Below, in pieces: positions 17,880 through 38,790 of a stretch of 64,000 nt of DNA. Position numbers and translations under genes: made by a program. The DNA lies in the NCBI RefSeq assembly GCF_009914755.1, contig NC_060930.1. One strand, written 5' to 3'. This DNA comes from the human T2T-CHM13v2.0 reference genome, Homo sapiens. Every line of letters begins with the position of its first letter. The first letter of the stretch is position 1. The notes beneath the pieces were generated by a model. It was not told the origin of the DNA. It worked only from the letters and a program-made list of their open reading frames with translations, and did no database searches.

Positions 17880-19149
17880 GTCATAGGCCCTGTCCACAAG
17901 AAGGAAGTACACCAAGCCATGGCCTTTAGAATCAAACGTCTTCACAGTTTAAATGCAGTACCATCCTCTCCTGGTTAACCTTGAAAATTCTGCTCAAGCT
18001 TTCAAAACCTCAGTCTTCTCATTTGTAAAAATAACATTATCTACTTCATAGGGAAGTTCTGTGACAGAGATCACAGTGGAATTATTACAAACTTATTCTC
18101 TCTATCCCAAAACAGTTTTAACTCCTTTCCTAGCCTAAACACTGGCATATTGTTAGTAATAGCAGCTGGCACCCACTGAGTATTAATCTATATGCGAGGG
18201 AGTGGGCTAAACTCTGTCCATCCATACCTCAAACACATTTTATCTGTAAAGGCCTTAGAGGCCACAGCCTTATTCTTTCATTGGCCATATTCGCCCCACT
18301 CATGTAACCAAAAAAGGCAAAGCAAGCAGAGGCAACAGGACGGAATTTTAATCTAGGATGGCCTCCTAGCAAAGAGGGCTGAGTGGAAAAACCATGGGAT
18401 GTATAAAAAGGAGATGCTCCTCCTCCCCTAACACCCCTTCCCCAAAGTCATAATCACTACCAGGGGTCATGATGTTAGAACCTCTGGGTAGGAAACCAAA
18501 TACCAGATAAACCTATTCTGGAACTGCCATGGCAAATGAGTAAGAGTGGTACCATTTGCTACTACTACTATTATGACTACCACTGCCAACTGATAACTAT
18601 TATTATGCTTTTATATGTTCCGACACTGTCCTATGAATTTTACATGTAATCCTCGATGTAAGTTATAAAGTTACCACTGATATTGACCCTTTATAACTGG
18701 CAGGAGTTGAGACAAGGCAATTAAATACTTGAATAGTGGACACAGAGCCTGAGATTCCTTAGAATTATCCATCTATTGCTTTGTAACTCACTGCCAAATT
18801 AATTTTTTTTTAGGAAGATTCTTAAGGGATTCTGGAACCCCCTCCTATGTAGTTAGAATTAAGAGCACCTGCATTTTTACTTCAGCGGGTTAAAGGCATA
18901 GTTTCACTATAAACCATGGTCTCAATTTCCTACAAGATAACACTGAAAAGCACCTTCCTCCATTAGGCAAAAACACGTTACCTGGAATAAACTTTTCACC
19001 TACTTTAAAACCCTTGACTTTTCAAGAGCATGCCTGCCCTTAGGAAATTGTGGTAGAGGTTAAAAGCGGGCAGGCTAGTACAAGCCATCCTAAACCACGC
19101 TATTCCTTGTCTGTAAATGATCAAAATCAAGACTCCACGGTGAGTGGAA

Positions 19150-19337
19150 ACCTTGACACTACTAACATTTTTCTGCTGTGGGAGGCTGGCTTGTTCATTT
19201 TAAGAGGTTTAGCAGCATCTCTGACATCCACCTGTTAGAGTCCAGTAACATTCCCTAGTTGAGACAACCAAAAATATCTTCAGACATTGCCAAACGTCCC
19301 CTGGGGGACAAAATCATCCCTGGTTGAGAACCACTGC
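19150..19337 (+). mobile_element. MER20 (hAT-Charlie)
   Basis: gacaaccaaaaatatcttcagacattgccaaacgtcccctgggggacaaaatcatccctggttgagaaccactg. Confidence 0.85.
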
Positions 19338-19365
19338 TTTATTTTAATGTTTAACAGAAAAAAAA

Positions 19366-19656
19366 ATTTTCTTTTGAGACTGGGTCTCTCACTCTTGCCT
19401 AGGCTAGAATTAAGTGGCATGATCTTGGCTCACTGCAACCTCAACTTCCTGGGCTCAAGATACACTTCCACCTAGCCACCCAAGTAGCTGGGACTACAGG
19501 CACACACCACCATGCCCAGCTAATTTTTAAACTTTTTGTAGAGACATAGTCTCACTATGTTACCCAGGTTGGTCTCAGAACTCCGGGCCTCAAGCAATCC
19601 CCCTGCCTTGGCCTCCCAAAGTGCTGGCACTACAGGTGAGAGCCACTGTGCCTTGC
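19366..19656 (-). mobile_element. AluJ at the end of MER20
   Basis: TSD gagaaccactgcttt. Confidence 0.9.
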
Positions 19657-20629
19657 CGAGAACCACTGCTTTAAAGAATTATTTGGTTTTGCAGAGCTAC
19701 CATTATTCTGTTCTGCATACCCAAAACTGACAGCCTCTGACTTTACTTCTCTAGTTCACTGAAATAAAATTTACATGTTGTTTAGCTTTGTACCTTCTTA
19801 CAGTAATTGAAACATCCAGTATTAGGGAACTGTGAAATACTGTTTGAGCAACAAAAGGCCTTATGGGGCAACTCTGACTTCTTCCTATGACTTCTATGTG
19901 CTTGGTGGACATCCTAGTTTGGCCAAGACCCAAGCTTGTTTCCTTTTAAATGGACTGATCCATCTTCAGAGGAGACGCATCTGCTGTAGGAGGACAAAAT
20001 TTCTTTACTTTGGGATTTAACTCCAAGTCACAATGGGTCCCCAAACCACCGCAAGTTGTACAAACTAGAGACCACATTCTGGCTGAAAGGTCTGAACACA
20101 ACACAAGTTAGGCAGCAAGAAGTCATGTGTTTTCTGGTATCTTATCATTTTTGCAGGTCAGGCTAGAAGACTGTGCCCTTCTCTTAAAGAGGATAAAGTG
20201 TGCTACTATCCCAAACCAAATTAAAGAGAAAGCACAAACCTGCTGACTAAGAAGAGTTATTACACCCTTGCTAAGTTTGTTTAAACAAGTCACTCAGTTG
20301 ACTAGGAAAAAACTTCTGAAAAATAGGAGAAATGGTATTTTATCTTTGAAAGTCCTTTTAATAAATGAGATTATAAAGCAGTTTTCAAATACACAAAGTG
20401 CTTCAAAATGATTCAATAAGCCTTAAGCAATACATTTTTTAGTATATCACTTTTGTTGTTGTTAAAAATACCCCATTCAATGGATGGAAGTATATTTGAT
20501 ATCACCACTGTTTAAAGGGAATGGAGTTACAGGAATGAGAAGTATATAATTAGTAAATAATCCCTCTCAACAAGTGACTTAAGTAGTCACTCATAGAGAG
20601 CAAAAAAAGCTGGAGGCAACACAATCAGT

Positions 20630-21264
20630 GCATATCAGAAATGCATTTTAATTTTTATTTGAAAACAACTTAAATTTTTAGACAAATGATTTTAGTATAT
20701 AAATTTGCTTTTGTTTTTATACAGAATATAAAGATTTCCCTCATTAATCTTCCATGTGAAGGGTATTACAAGCCTGGAGGAAGATACTTTCTGCACACAA
20801 GTATGTATCTTATGTGTGCAGTATTGGAAACCAATGGTGTAGTGCTCCTACACATAAATGGGGTCAAGTGACATCACAAATTAAAAGGGGGAAAGAGAAA
20901 TATTCTAGTTAATCAGATGCAAGAAGCAAACAAGACGCAAAAACTGTGCAAATAAGACCAAGCCAGTAACTTTAGTTACGACACTGCAGATTACACTGGA
21001 ATAACAGGTTTGTGAGGCTATAGTGTGCACCACATTAAAACAGCAAGAAAGAGCTATTTATATAGAAAGGCTGGAATGAGGGATTTTTACTAAAGCAAAT
21101 TAACTTCTTGTCAACTGCCAAAACAAAACAAAACTGAGCATATGAGTGTTAGTATACTGAAGGCATGTTATACCAGTTTCTGTGCAGCATGCTAAAAGTT
21201 AGAACTTCTTCACTGGTGCTTATCAATCATTAATAGTCACGTTTTTGCCCCTTCTTGCCAAATT
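20630..21264 (-). other. SNX3: SNX3 3' UTR (cleavage position approximate)
   Basis: Repeat-free AT-rich sequence between the stop codon and the poly(A) signal. Confidence 0.8.
20647..20659 (-). terminator. SNX3: SNX3 polyadenylation signal: AATAAA (20654-20659) followed by ATTAAA (20647-20652)
   Basis: Plus strand tttaatttttatt reads AATAAAAATTAAA on the minus strand, ~600 nt after the stop. Confidence 0.8.
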
Positions 21265-21370
21265 TCAGGCATGTCTTATTTTAGATGGAGTATAGCTTTT
21301 ATCTATTATTTCATCTTGTAAAAACATGTGAAGACAACGTTCGTTCTGTGCCAGAGGATGACCAGCGACC
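21265..21370 (-). CDS. SNX3: SNX3 terminal coding exon 4 (CDS part including TGA)
   Basis: ttattctcag|G GTC GCT GGT...; translates to VAGHPLAQNERCLHMFLQDEIIDKSYTPSKIRHA*; the frame joins exon 3 (AA|G = Lys). Confidence 0.98.
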
Positions 21371-21460
21371 CTGAGAATAAAAAATATAAATTTAGTCCAA
21401 TATTTTATACAAGGTGGGGGAGTTCAAAACACATATTTTAAAGTTGAGAAGCATGTATAA

Positions 21461-22784
<1,324 letters not shown>

Positions 22785-23614
22785 ATCTAATATAGTACTG
22801 CCTTCTCCAAAAGGAAAACAGATTCACAGACAATGAATATTGAGTGCTACAGTAGATAACCAAGGGCTTTATGTAACCCTTTCTCTCCTGTTTACCACTC
22901 ATGGATCTTCAAATCACTAGATAAAATTTACAGTGTAAGCTCACATTACCATATTCTGTACGATTTGATTTACTTTTGCTAGTTTAAGGCCAATGCACAA
23001 TTACAGTGAGGTCTTTCTTGGCATAAATCTTTCTAACACTCTGGCTTTCTATTATTTTACAAAATAGCTATATTTCAAATGGGAATAAAATTAAAAGCTA
23101 AAAATATTGGTTTGAGCTTATCAAGAGTTTCTAAAGTAAAAAAGAAACAATCCTAAGTCTTCTTACATTTTCAAAAGAATACATTTTACCATGAAAATTA
23201 AAAACATGCACCTTTATACAAGACATGCTAATACCTCCATCTGCAATCAAACAAGATGATTGCAAGTACATTGTAAGTTTTATTGTTCATGCTAGAACAT
23301 ACCTTAAATCAGAAAGAATCATAAGTAAAACTGTATTTTTTAAATGCCGTAATTTTAAATGTAATTTGCATAAATTAACCAAGAAAAACAAATACAAAAC
23401 GTAGGTCAACACAAAGATGCTCATTTCAATCACTCAAATGTGTTAATATTTATCACATGATATTCAACTTGTCAGATACTTTTACTTTGTTTAAATGATA
23501 TGAAAAGTTAGGAAATGGCTGAAAGAAAAGGCAACAGTGCAGTTTAGCTTAACATCTAAACTACAAGTAGTCACTTAAAGTAGTCCTACACTTTGAGGAA
23601 TAGGAAGCACTTAC

Positions 23615-23739
23615 TTGTTTATAAACTGCTCCAGCCCTTGTTTTCTTTCCTCAATAAAATTGTCATCAAATATTCCATCATCTCCTCTAAAAGGAAGCTG
23701 ACGCAAAAACGCTTTCCCAGGGAGCGGGGGAACTACGAC
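23615..23739 (-). CDS. SNX3: SNX3 coding exon 3, 125 nt
   Basis: attttag|GTC GTA GTT...AAC AA|gtaagt; translates to VVVPPLPGKAFLRQLPFRGDDGIFDDNFIEERKQGLEQFIN(K), the PX proline-rich loop. Confidence 0.98.
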
Positions 23740-24185
23740 CTAAAATGTGAAGACAGAAACTCCTTGATCATGATGACTGGGTTGTGAAAATTTATAGAGC
23801 ACAACATGAAGACAAAGCATGTCCTCACTATGACAGCCATCGTCCGGTCAAACTAGTTGAAATATAAAAGAGCAAAAAATACACTGAAAAAAGACCAAAT
23901 GTTTAGACAAATGCAGAATAGCCCATCAGACAAAAGCTCCTAATTCAAAGGCAGGGCCCATAGCTTATATCATTTTTCTTGGCCTTATCAAAGCCCAGGT
24001 ATACAAAGAGAACACTCACAACACTGAAATAAAGGTTACCATGCCCCTCAGACACTTGTGATGCCACTTGGAGAAGGCAATGCCTTATTGCAATGGAAAC
24101 TGCAGAGATCAAAATCAACTCTCAATTAAATGAAGAAACGTTAATGTTCTCTCTGCAACATGGTTAGGTAAGAATTCTGGTTTCA

Positions 24186-25055
<870 letters not shown>

Positions 25056-25129
25056 AATTTTTAAAAATGTTATTCTGGAGCTCAAAATACTTGTTTTGAT
25101 TAAATAGCACCTAGCTATTTCACAGGTTA

Positions 25130-25550
25130 GTTTGGTTTCTCTACCCTAGCACTACTGAGAATCAGATAAGTTTTGTACTGGGGGGCTTTCTTGTGCATTC
25201 TTTTCTTTCTTGAGATGGGGTCTTGCTCTGTCACCCAGGCTGGAGTTCCGTGGTGCGATCATGGCTCGCTGCAGCCTCCCCCAGACTCAGATGATCCTCC
25301 TGCATCAGCCTCCCAAATAGCCGGGACACTACAGGTACATAGCGTGCTACCACGCCTGGCTAATTTTTCTATTTTTTGTGGAGATGGTGTTTCACTGTGT
25401 TGGCCAGGCTGGCATTCTTTTCTTTAGCAGCATCCCTAGCCTCTGCCCACTAGACAACATAGCACCCCCAGCTGAGACAATAAAAAATGTCTCTAGACAG
25501 TGTCAAACGTCTCCTGGGGGATAAAACTGCCTTTGGTGGAAAACCATCAA
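25130..25550 (+). mobile_element. MER20 interrupted by a partial antisense Alu (25200-25412)
   Basis: tagcagcatccctagcctctgcccactaga...aaaaatgtctctagacagtgtcaaacgtctcctggggg. Confidence 0.7.
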
Positions 25551-26589
25551 TCTATCATACTAATGTCTTCAAATCAAGACCCCTGTCTTAGGCTTCTTGT
25601 GGTTATTTTAAGAAAAACTGGGCATACAACAGAAGCTCAAATATCTGTTAAATGACCAACCACTTAGCTGGATCCTTACTTTAAACGCAAACAGAGAAAT
25701 GTGTAAGCAAACAATCAGAACAAGGAGAAATATATATAGTAAACTGATACATATTTTTCTTTTCACCAATAATACAAATTACACATATTCAAAAAAATTA
25801 AAACTTTAAACCCTTGATATAGTTTCTACAACGAGTTGTTTATCCTCAAACAAAATTCAATAGGGTAAAAAAGGGAAAGAGCAACTCGACTTCATATAGA
25901 TTAACAAAAAACAAAATAAAAACAAAAAAACCAAATGTCCAAATAAACTTTATAATCCCTTCCTAGATTTACTCTCCTCAGATGACCAATGATGAAGATA
26001 TCTATGGATTTGTCTCCGTAAATTTATGCTAGCATTCTCAGATCTCACCCCCATGTTAACATCTGTTTAGTTGAGAGTTAAAATCTGCAGGGACCTTCTA
26101 TAACTGAGAAACAAAGGAATGCTAACCATTACGTTCCAGTAGAATGGCTATCTGGTGGGCAGGGAAAAATATCTGTATCTACACAATTATTATTTAAAAA
26201 AAGAATTCTGGAACCACTGTGTTAAATAAATGACCACCATTAATTCAGGGTAGAATTTAGCATGAAACTTAAGAAAAGGATAGCTCAAGGATGTCAGTTA
26301 AAGAAAGAAGGAAAATGATAAAAAATGTAAGAATATATATATAATTAAATATATATAAATTTCATATATAATGGGAATTTAAGAAAAGGATAGCTATGCA
26401 TTATCCTCTGTAGAGATACACTCTTCCTAACATATTCAAACTAGTCATTCAAATGGATGGGGAGGTGGTAGGCAACAGGATTAATGATCTATAAAAATCA
26501 TAAATGGCTCATCCAGCTAAGATTCTCTTCTACATCAAATTATTTTTGCTGAAGCAGTCTGAAAACACCTAACTGGAATTCTAACACCA

Positions 26590-26883
26590 GGTTGGGTGCG
26601 GTAGCTCACATATGTAATCCCAGCACTTCAGGAGGCCAAGGTGGGTGGATCACCTGAGGTCAGAAGTTCAAGACCAGCCTGGCCAACATGGTGAAACCCT
26701 GTGTCTACTAAAAATACAAAAAATTAGCCGGGCATGGTGGTGCATGCTTGTAACCCCTTTACTCAGGAGGCTGAGGAGAATTGCTTGAGCCTGGGAGGCA
26801 GAGATTGCAGTAAGCCGGGACTGCACCACGGTACTCCAGCCTGGGCGAGAGCTAGACACCGTCTCAAAAAAAAAAAAAAAAAA
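26590..26883 (+). mobile_element. AluS
   Basis: TSD aattctaa. Confidence 0.9.
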
Positions 26884-27189
26884 TTCTAATACTAATTAAA
26901 AAGTCATGAATGCAAAGATATGTGCGTGCATGTGGGGTGAGAAATAGGAGAATATCTGGTGAGCACAATATATTGAAAGCTAAAGCAAACTAGAATAAAA
27001 GCTAAAAGATCTGACCATAATACATGTCAGCTAATTTCTAGCTTAGTTTAACAGATCTTAGTTAAAAGTACTAATATACCACAAAATAACTTGATTACAT
27101 TGTTCTTTGCAATACTGTAATACGAGTAAAACTTTCACATGGATTTAACTCTCAATATATTTAACTGGTCTAATGTTAAATGTGAAGTA

Positions 27190-28182
27190 TTGTGCTTCAA
27201 AGGACAACATCAAGAAAGTGAAAAACAACCCAGAGACTGGGAGATATGTGCAAATTATGTATCTGATAGGGAACTCTAAGAGTCTTATATATTCTCGACA
27301 TAACTCTATAATAAAAAGATGAACCCATTGAAAAAGGCAAAAGCTCTCAATAAAGATGTCTCCAAAGAAGATACATAAATGACCAGTAAGTATATGAAAA
27401 GAAAATCAACATTAGTGGCCATTAGAGAAATAAAAATCAAAACCACAATGCAATACCCCTTCACAAACAGTAGGATAGCTATAATAAAGAAGACAGGCAA
27501 TTGGTAAGGATGTGGAGAAAAGTAGAACCTCACATTGCTGGTAAGAATGTAAAATTACACAGCTGCTTTGGAAAAACGGTCTGCCAATTCCTCAAAAGGT
27601 TAAAAAGAGTTATGACCCAGCAATGTACTGGTAGGTATATACTGAAAAGAAATGAAAACACATGCAGACAGAAACCTATGCACAAATGTTCACAGCAGCA
27701 CTACCAATAACAGCCAAAAAGTAGAACAAAATGTCCACCAAATAAGTGTATAAATAAGATGTGGTATAAGCATACAATAGGATATTATTTAGGAATAAAA
27801 AGAAATGAAGTAATTGATGCATGTTAGAAAAGCATGAACTGTGAAAACATGTTAAGTGAAAGAAGCCAGACACAAAAGATCACATATTGTGGGCTTCCAT
27901 TTACATATGCCCAGAATGGGCAAATCCACAGAGAAAGGAGACTAGCAGGTGGTTGCCATAGGCTGAGTGAGGAAGGGTTGGGGAGAAATCAGTGGTGTCT
28001 ACTAATGGGGACAGGGTTTCTTTTATTGGGTGATAAAAATGCTCTAAAATTGACTAGTGCTCTAAAATAGTGATGGTTGCACAACTCTGTGAACATATTA
28101 AAAACCAGTGAATTATACACTTTAAATGGGTGAATTGCATGGTATGTGAATTATATCTCAATAAAGCTGTTACTAAAAACAA
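27190..28182 (+). mobile_element. L1MB-type 3' fragment
   Basis: ORF2 end (aaaaccacaatgcaatacc...ggtaaggatgtggagaaa) and 3' UTR ending tgtgaattatatctcaataaagctgtt. Confidence 0.85.
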
Positions 28183-28186
28183 AAGC

Positions 28187-28745
<559 letters not shown>

Positions 28746-28944
28746 TCCCAACCATCTGTAATTTGTAATATAGTGAGATATAAATCTTTATTTCCTAATA
28801 GACAAATATTTCAACTCCATTTGCTGAATTCCTTTCCCACTGAATGACAATGCTATTTTTGTTATGAACTAAATTCCCTATAAATACATGGGTCAAACTC
28901 TAAACTCTATTATATTCCACTAATCTATTTGCCCAACCTAAAGC

Positions 28945-29770
28945 AATATACACTGCATAACAGTGTTTCCCATCAGAGATGGACCACTTAAGATAATAAC
29001 TGTGGTGCCTTAAGATTATAATGGAGGTGAAAAATTCCTATTGCCTAGAGATGTCTTGGTGATCCTGACTCTGTGCAGGCCTAGGCTACTATGTATATTT
29101 GTGACTTAATTTTTAAGAAAAAGTTAAAAAAATTTAAATAGAGAAAAGCTTATAGAATAAGAATATAAAGAACATATTTTTGTACATTTGTTCAATGTGT
29201 CTGTGTTTTAAGCTAAGTGTTATTACAAGAGTCAAAAAGTTAAAGTAAAAAGTTTAAAAAGTAAGCTAAGGTTAATTTATTATTGAAGAAAAATATTTTA
29301 TAAATTATAAATTTCAATGTACAGTGTTTATAAAGCCTGCAGTAATAAACAGTAATGTCCTAGGTCTTCTCATTCACTCGCCACATACTAACTGACTCAC
29401 CCAGAACAACTTTCAATCCTGCAAGCTCCATTTATGGTAAGTGCCCTATACAGGTGTACTATTTAAAAAATCTTCCATGCTTTAAAAAAAAAAAAGTCTT
29501 CCACGCTGTATTTTTTACCATATCTTTTATATGTTTAGATGCACAAATGCTTCCCACTATGTTACAACTGCCTGTAGTATTAAGTACAGTAACATGTTGG
29601 ATAGGCTTGTAGTCTAGGAGTAATAGGCTGTACCATATAGCCTAGGTGTGTAGTAGGCTACACCACCTGGGTTTGTGTGAGTATACTCATATGATGTTTG
29701 CACAAACAATGAAATCACCTAAGGATGCATTTCTTAGAATGTATTCTCATCATTAAGTGCCATATGACTA
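28945..29770 (+). mobile_element. Tigger3 (Golem/MER7) derivative
   Basis: aagattataatggaggtgaaaaattcctattgcctag near the 5' end; aaatcacctaaggatgcatttcttagaatgtattc...atgact at the 3' end. Confidence 0.8.
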
Positions 29771-29811
29771 CACCACATTGTTTGAATTACTATAGCCTTA
29801 AGATATGTTTT

Positions 29812-31241
<1,430 letters not shown>

Positions 31242-32067
31242 TAGGCTAGAAACAGAAAAAAAAAGAAAACCCTTATTAAACTTGAGAAATGAGTACAGAC
31301 TAGCCTTCATCTAGTTCAGGACTCCTACCATACCCACACCTTTTTACCTACTTTCTAGTCACAAAATAACTTTTCATCATTCTGAGCACACCACGTCCTT
31401 CCATGACTCCTTGCCTCTGATGTCATTCTGAGGCAGGGCTGAAATGAGAGACACCAGAGTGAGACCTTGCTTTAATTTATTTTGATGCCAAAGCTACCAA
31501 ATTCTATTCTAAGAGAAGATCAGGCATGTAACAGTGTTTTTAAATTGCCGGCAGCAACCCATTAGTGGATCATGGCCATCATTTAAAAACGCTAATCTGA
31601 AGAATATCAGCACATATCACACAGAGTGAGGTCATTACTGCTTTATGAAACTTCTGTTACATGAACATATATGTGATGAAAAAAACTTATATGTCACTAA
31701 AACAAAATTGGAAATACACTGACATTTATAAAATGTATTGAGGAAGAGAAACTTGGCTTAAGTGTGTGGAGAGGGGAAGATGGAATAGGACGATGAGGGA
31801 AAGGAAGGAAGTAATAGCAACAAGGTTCTAAGAAGTGTTATTGAAGTGTGAGTCAGCAAAGACCTCAACTGGGCCAAAGCAGACAAGAGAAAGAGTTCTA
31901 AGGAAAATTTACACAGACTCTACCTCTATAAAATGACACTGAACTATTTGAAAAAAAGAAATCATATTTGCTTTTACCCATTTTATTCAATATCATTTTC
32001 CTGAGAAATATTAAACATTAAAACTTGGAATGTTTTGCTTTAAAGTTGCATCATAAATCATTCTTAC

Positions 32068-32163
32068 CTTGCTCTCTCTTTCTAATTCACTTCGCAGCCA
32101 TTCAAAGTCACTGTATCTTCTTCTAACAGTAGATTCTTTCAGCTTGAAAATAGGAAGATTTGT
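32068..32163 (-). CDS. SNX3: SNX3 coding exon 2 (PX domain), 96 nt, phase 0-0
   Basis: Reverse complement reads tttcag|ACA AAT CTT...AGC AAG|gtaaga and translates to [32 protein letters not shown], containing the PX-domain RRYSDF motif; canonical AG/GT. Confidence 0.98.
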
Positions 32164-32203
32164 CTGAAACAAAAAAAGTTAGTCCTAAATTGAAGCACAT
32201 TAA

Positions 32204-33696
<1,493 letters not shown>

Positions 33697-34118
33697 CCAC
33701 TTAGCTGCTTCTAAATGAAACCAAAATATTTTGTTATGAGGACTGGATTAGATCTTGCATAATAAAAGACCTAAATAAAACATTATTCTTAATGGCCTTC
33801 TAAAAAATGCCAAGAAAAGCAGGGAAAGTGCTGCATACAGTGTCTATGGGTCTTACCCCTAGTAGGAAATTAAATCGTACTCAGTAGACCAAGCTCATAA
33901 ACCCAGAGCTTTAAAGGCGGAGGGCAAGTTTAAGAACTGAAAACATAACACCCAGTACTTTGAAGTTACACTGGAATGTAAGAAAATTTCTGGAGACTGT
34001 TCTTTTTAAGATTGCAAAGGCTACTTGTTGCCACTTCAGTCAACTTCTAAATTTAAAAAAAGTAACATGAAAGATTTCTATTATCTTTTACTGGATCCCC
34101 TTTAAAGAAAAAATATGC

Positions 34119-35502
<1,384 letters not shown>

Positions 35503-37248
35503 TAAAATGTGCAAATTATCACAAAGTTTGTAGGAGACAGAAATGACTTAACATAATAACTAATGCCATACCCTACCAAAAATACTACTCAACACTATAT
35601 ATTCTCTTAGATTATATTCTGTCCGTTAATTCAGACTTTGAACTAATTAGCACAGAATTTGCATAGAACTAAAAAGTGTTTTACAATTGGAAGAAAAAAG
35701 TTAAGTGCCACCTGAAGGAAAGACTGGCTTCCTACTGTGTATACAGGGACATCATCTTGTAATATTCACTCCTAAGAAAGTTCTACTTATTTGTTAAGCT
35801 TAATGCTACTGGTAAGTAGCTGTCACTCAGCACAAGAAAAGCTTTTAATTCAGGCCCTTAAATCCATTTTGTAGTGGTCTCAATTTTTTCCTAAGTGTAT
35901 TAACTTCTCTATGTTGTATACCTTACAGCTCAGAATTTTCAACAGATGCTATTGGGCATAACAGTGTATAGGTTTCAAGCATGAAACCAAATCTCACAAG
36001 AGATTTAAAAGCACTTGAATTTTCTTTCCCAGGTAACCACAACATTTGTTCATTGTATAAATGACTAAGGAAAAAATTGCACCTAACAAGACTCTTATTA
36101 TACTAAAAGTCAAGCTTATATTTAAAGATGCTGGCTTGTTGTACAGAGGGTATTCTCATTCCCCACAGGGAATAAAATTAGGTCCCCTGGAGAGTAGAAT
36201 AATTCCCAGAAAGAAAGCACTGGATTATTTCTCTCTAATTTCACCTATTGGCTTTTTAACCAAGTTCACCCTTCCGCATTAAAATATTAAGTCTTTGTAA
36301 ATGCCTTAAAGATAAAAAGGCCTTTACAGAGTTGAGTGTTTTCTGCAGGTGAGATTTTACATTCTGAATTCCCTCCTCTCAAATTACTTTACAAAGGGGA
36401 TTAACTGCTCTCTTTATTCAAATACGTTAAGATCAAGCTTGCGAAAAGAGTCCCCTAAGAATTTTCATACTTCTGGGTACGGAAGTCTATAAAGTTAATC
36501 TCTGAAACAACATATCAAGCTTACAGGTACAATGTTGAGAGAAGAGTGCCAATTCAGCTCATTTTACCTTCCATTTTCCCTTTTGAACTTTTGACACAAT
36601 CATGATTATATCTGATTCACTCTAACAGAAAGGGGAGGGGTGAGGGGGAAAAGTACTTTCCCTTCTATGATTAGCTAATAGTTTGATAGTTTATATACTT
36701 AAATTTAGAGGACCATGATTAGCTTAAGAAAGTTCCTTTAGTTTTCTTAACTGGTTATGATTTCTCTTTTTGCATGAGGACTGCTTTAGAGTTTAAAGTC
36801 ACATCAAGAAATTCAAACATCACTTGCCCATTACATATGCAGTGGTTAACTTAGCCTGTTAAACGTCTTCCTCATCATTACAAGGATTTGTAATTCAATG
36901 TAACTGATTAAAATAACTAAGTGCAAAATGTGGGTTTTTTTTTTTTGTTGTTGTTGTTGTTTAAGGTACTGAACTATCACTGCTGAAACTCCTGTGATTG
37001 GTCACTTTCAATTTATTTAACTTTCATAAAATGATTGAAGGGCGGAGAGGTTTTTTACCTACAGCTTCAGGAGGACTAAACTATTATTTACTGATCATCT
37101 ATAAAAGGGCACCATGCTAGATAAGGGAGAATCATTATTTATAATGATGAATAAGATGCAGACCTGGCCCTTATGAAACATACACCAATCAAGGTTAGAA
37201 AATAAGCATATAAAAAGTTGAATTTCCATGGTTAAAAATACTACAAAC

Positions 37249-37824
<576 letters not shown>

Positions 37825-38053
37825 GGGGGGCATTTTGGTGAATACATTATCCATTACTCTATTAAATACACATAACTTTTGAATGAACAATTTCAATGGG
37901 AATTAATCCTACAAATATTTCCACACATACAAAAATATTTTAGCATTGTAATAGACACAAAAAAAAACCCCAAAAAAGACCAGAAACAATAAATCTTACA
38001 TTACAAGCTTATATTACACAGCTTTTTACAAAATATAACTCAGCCATAGGTTA

Positions 38054-38790
<737 letters not shown>

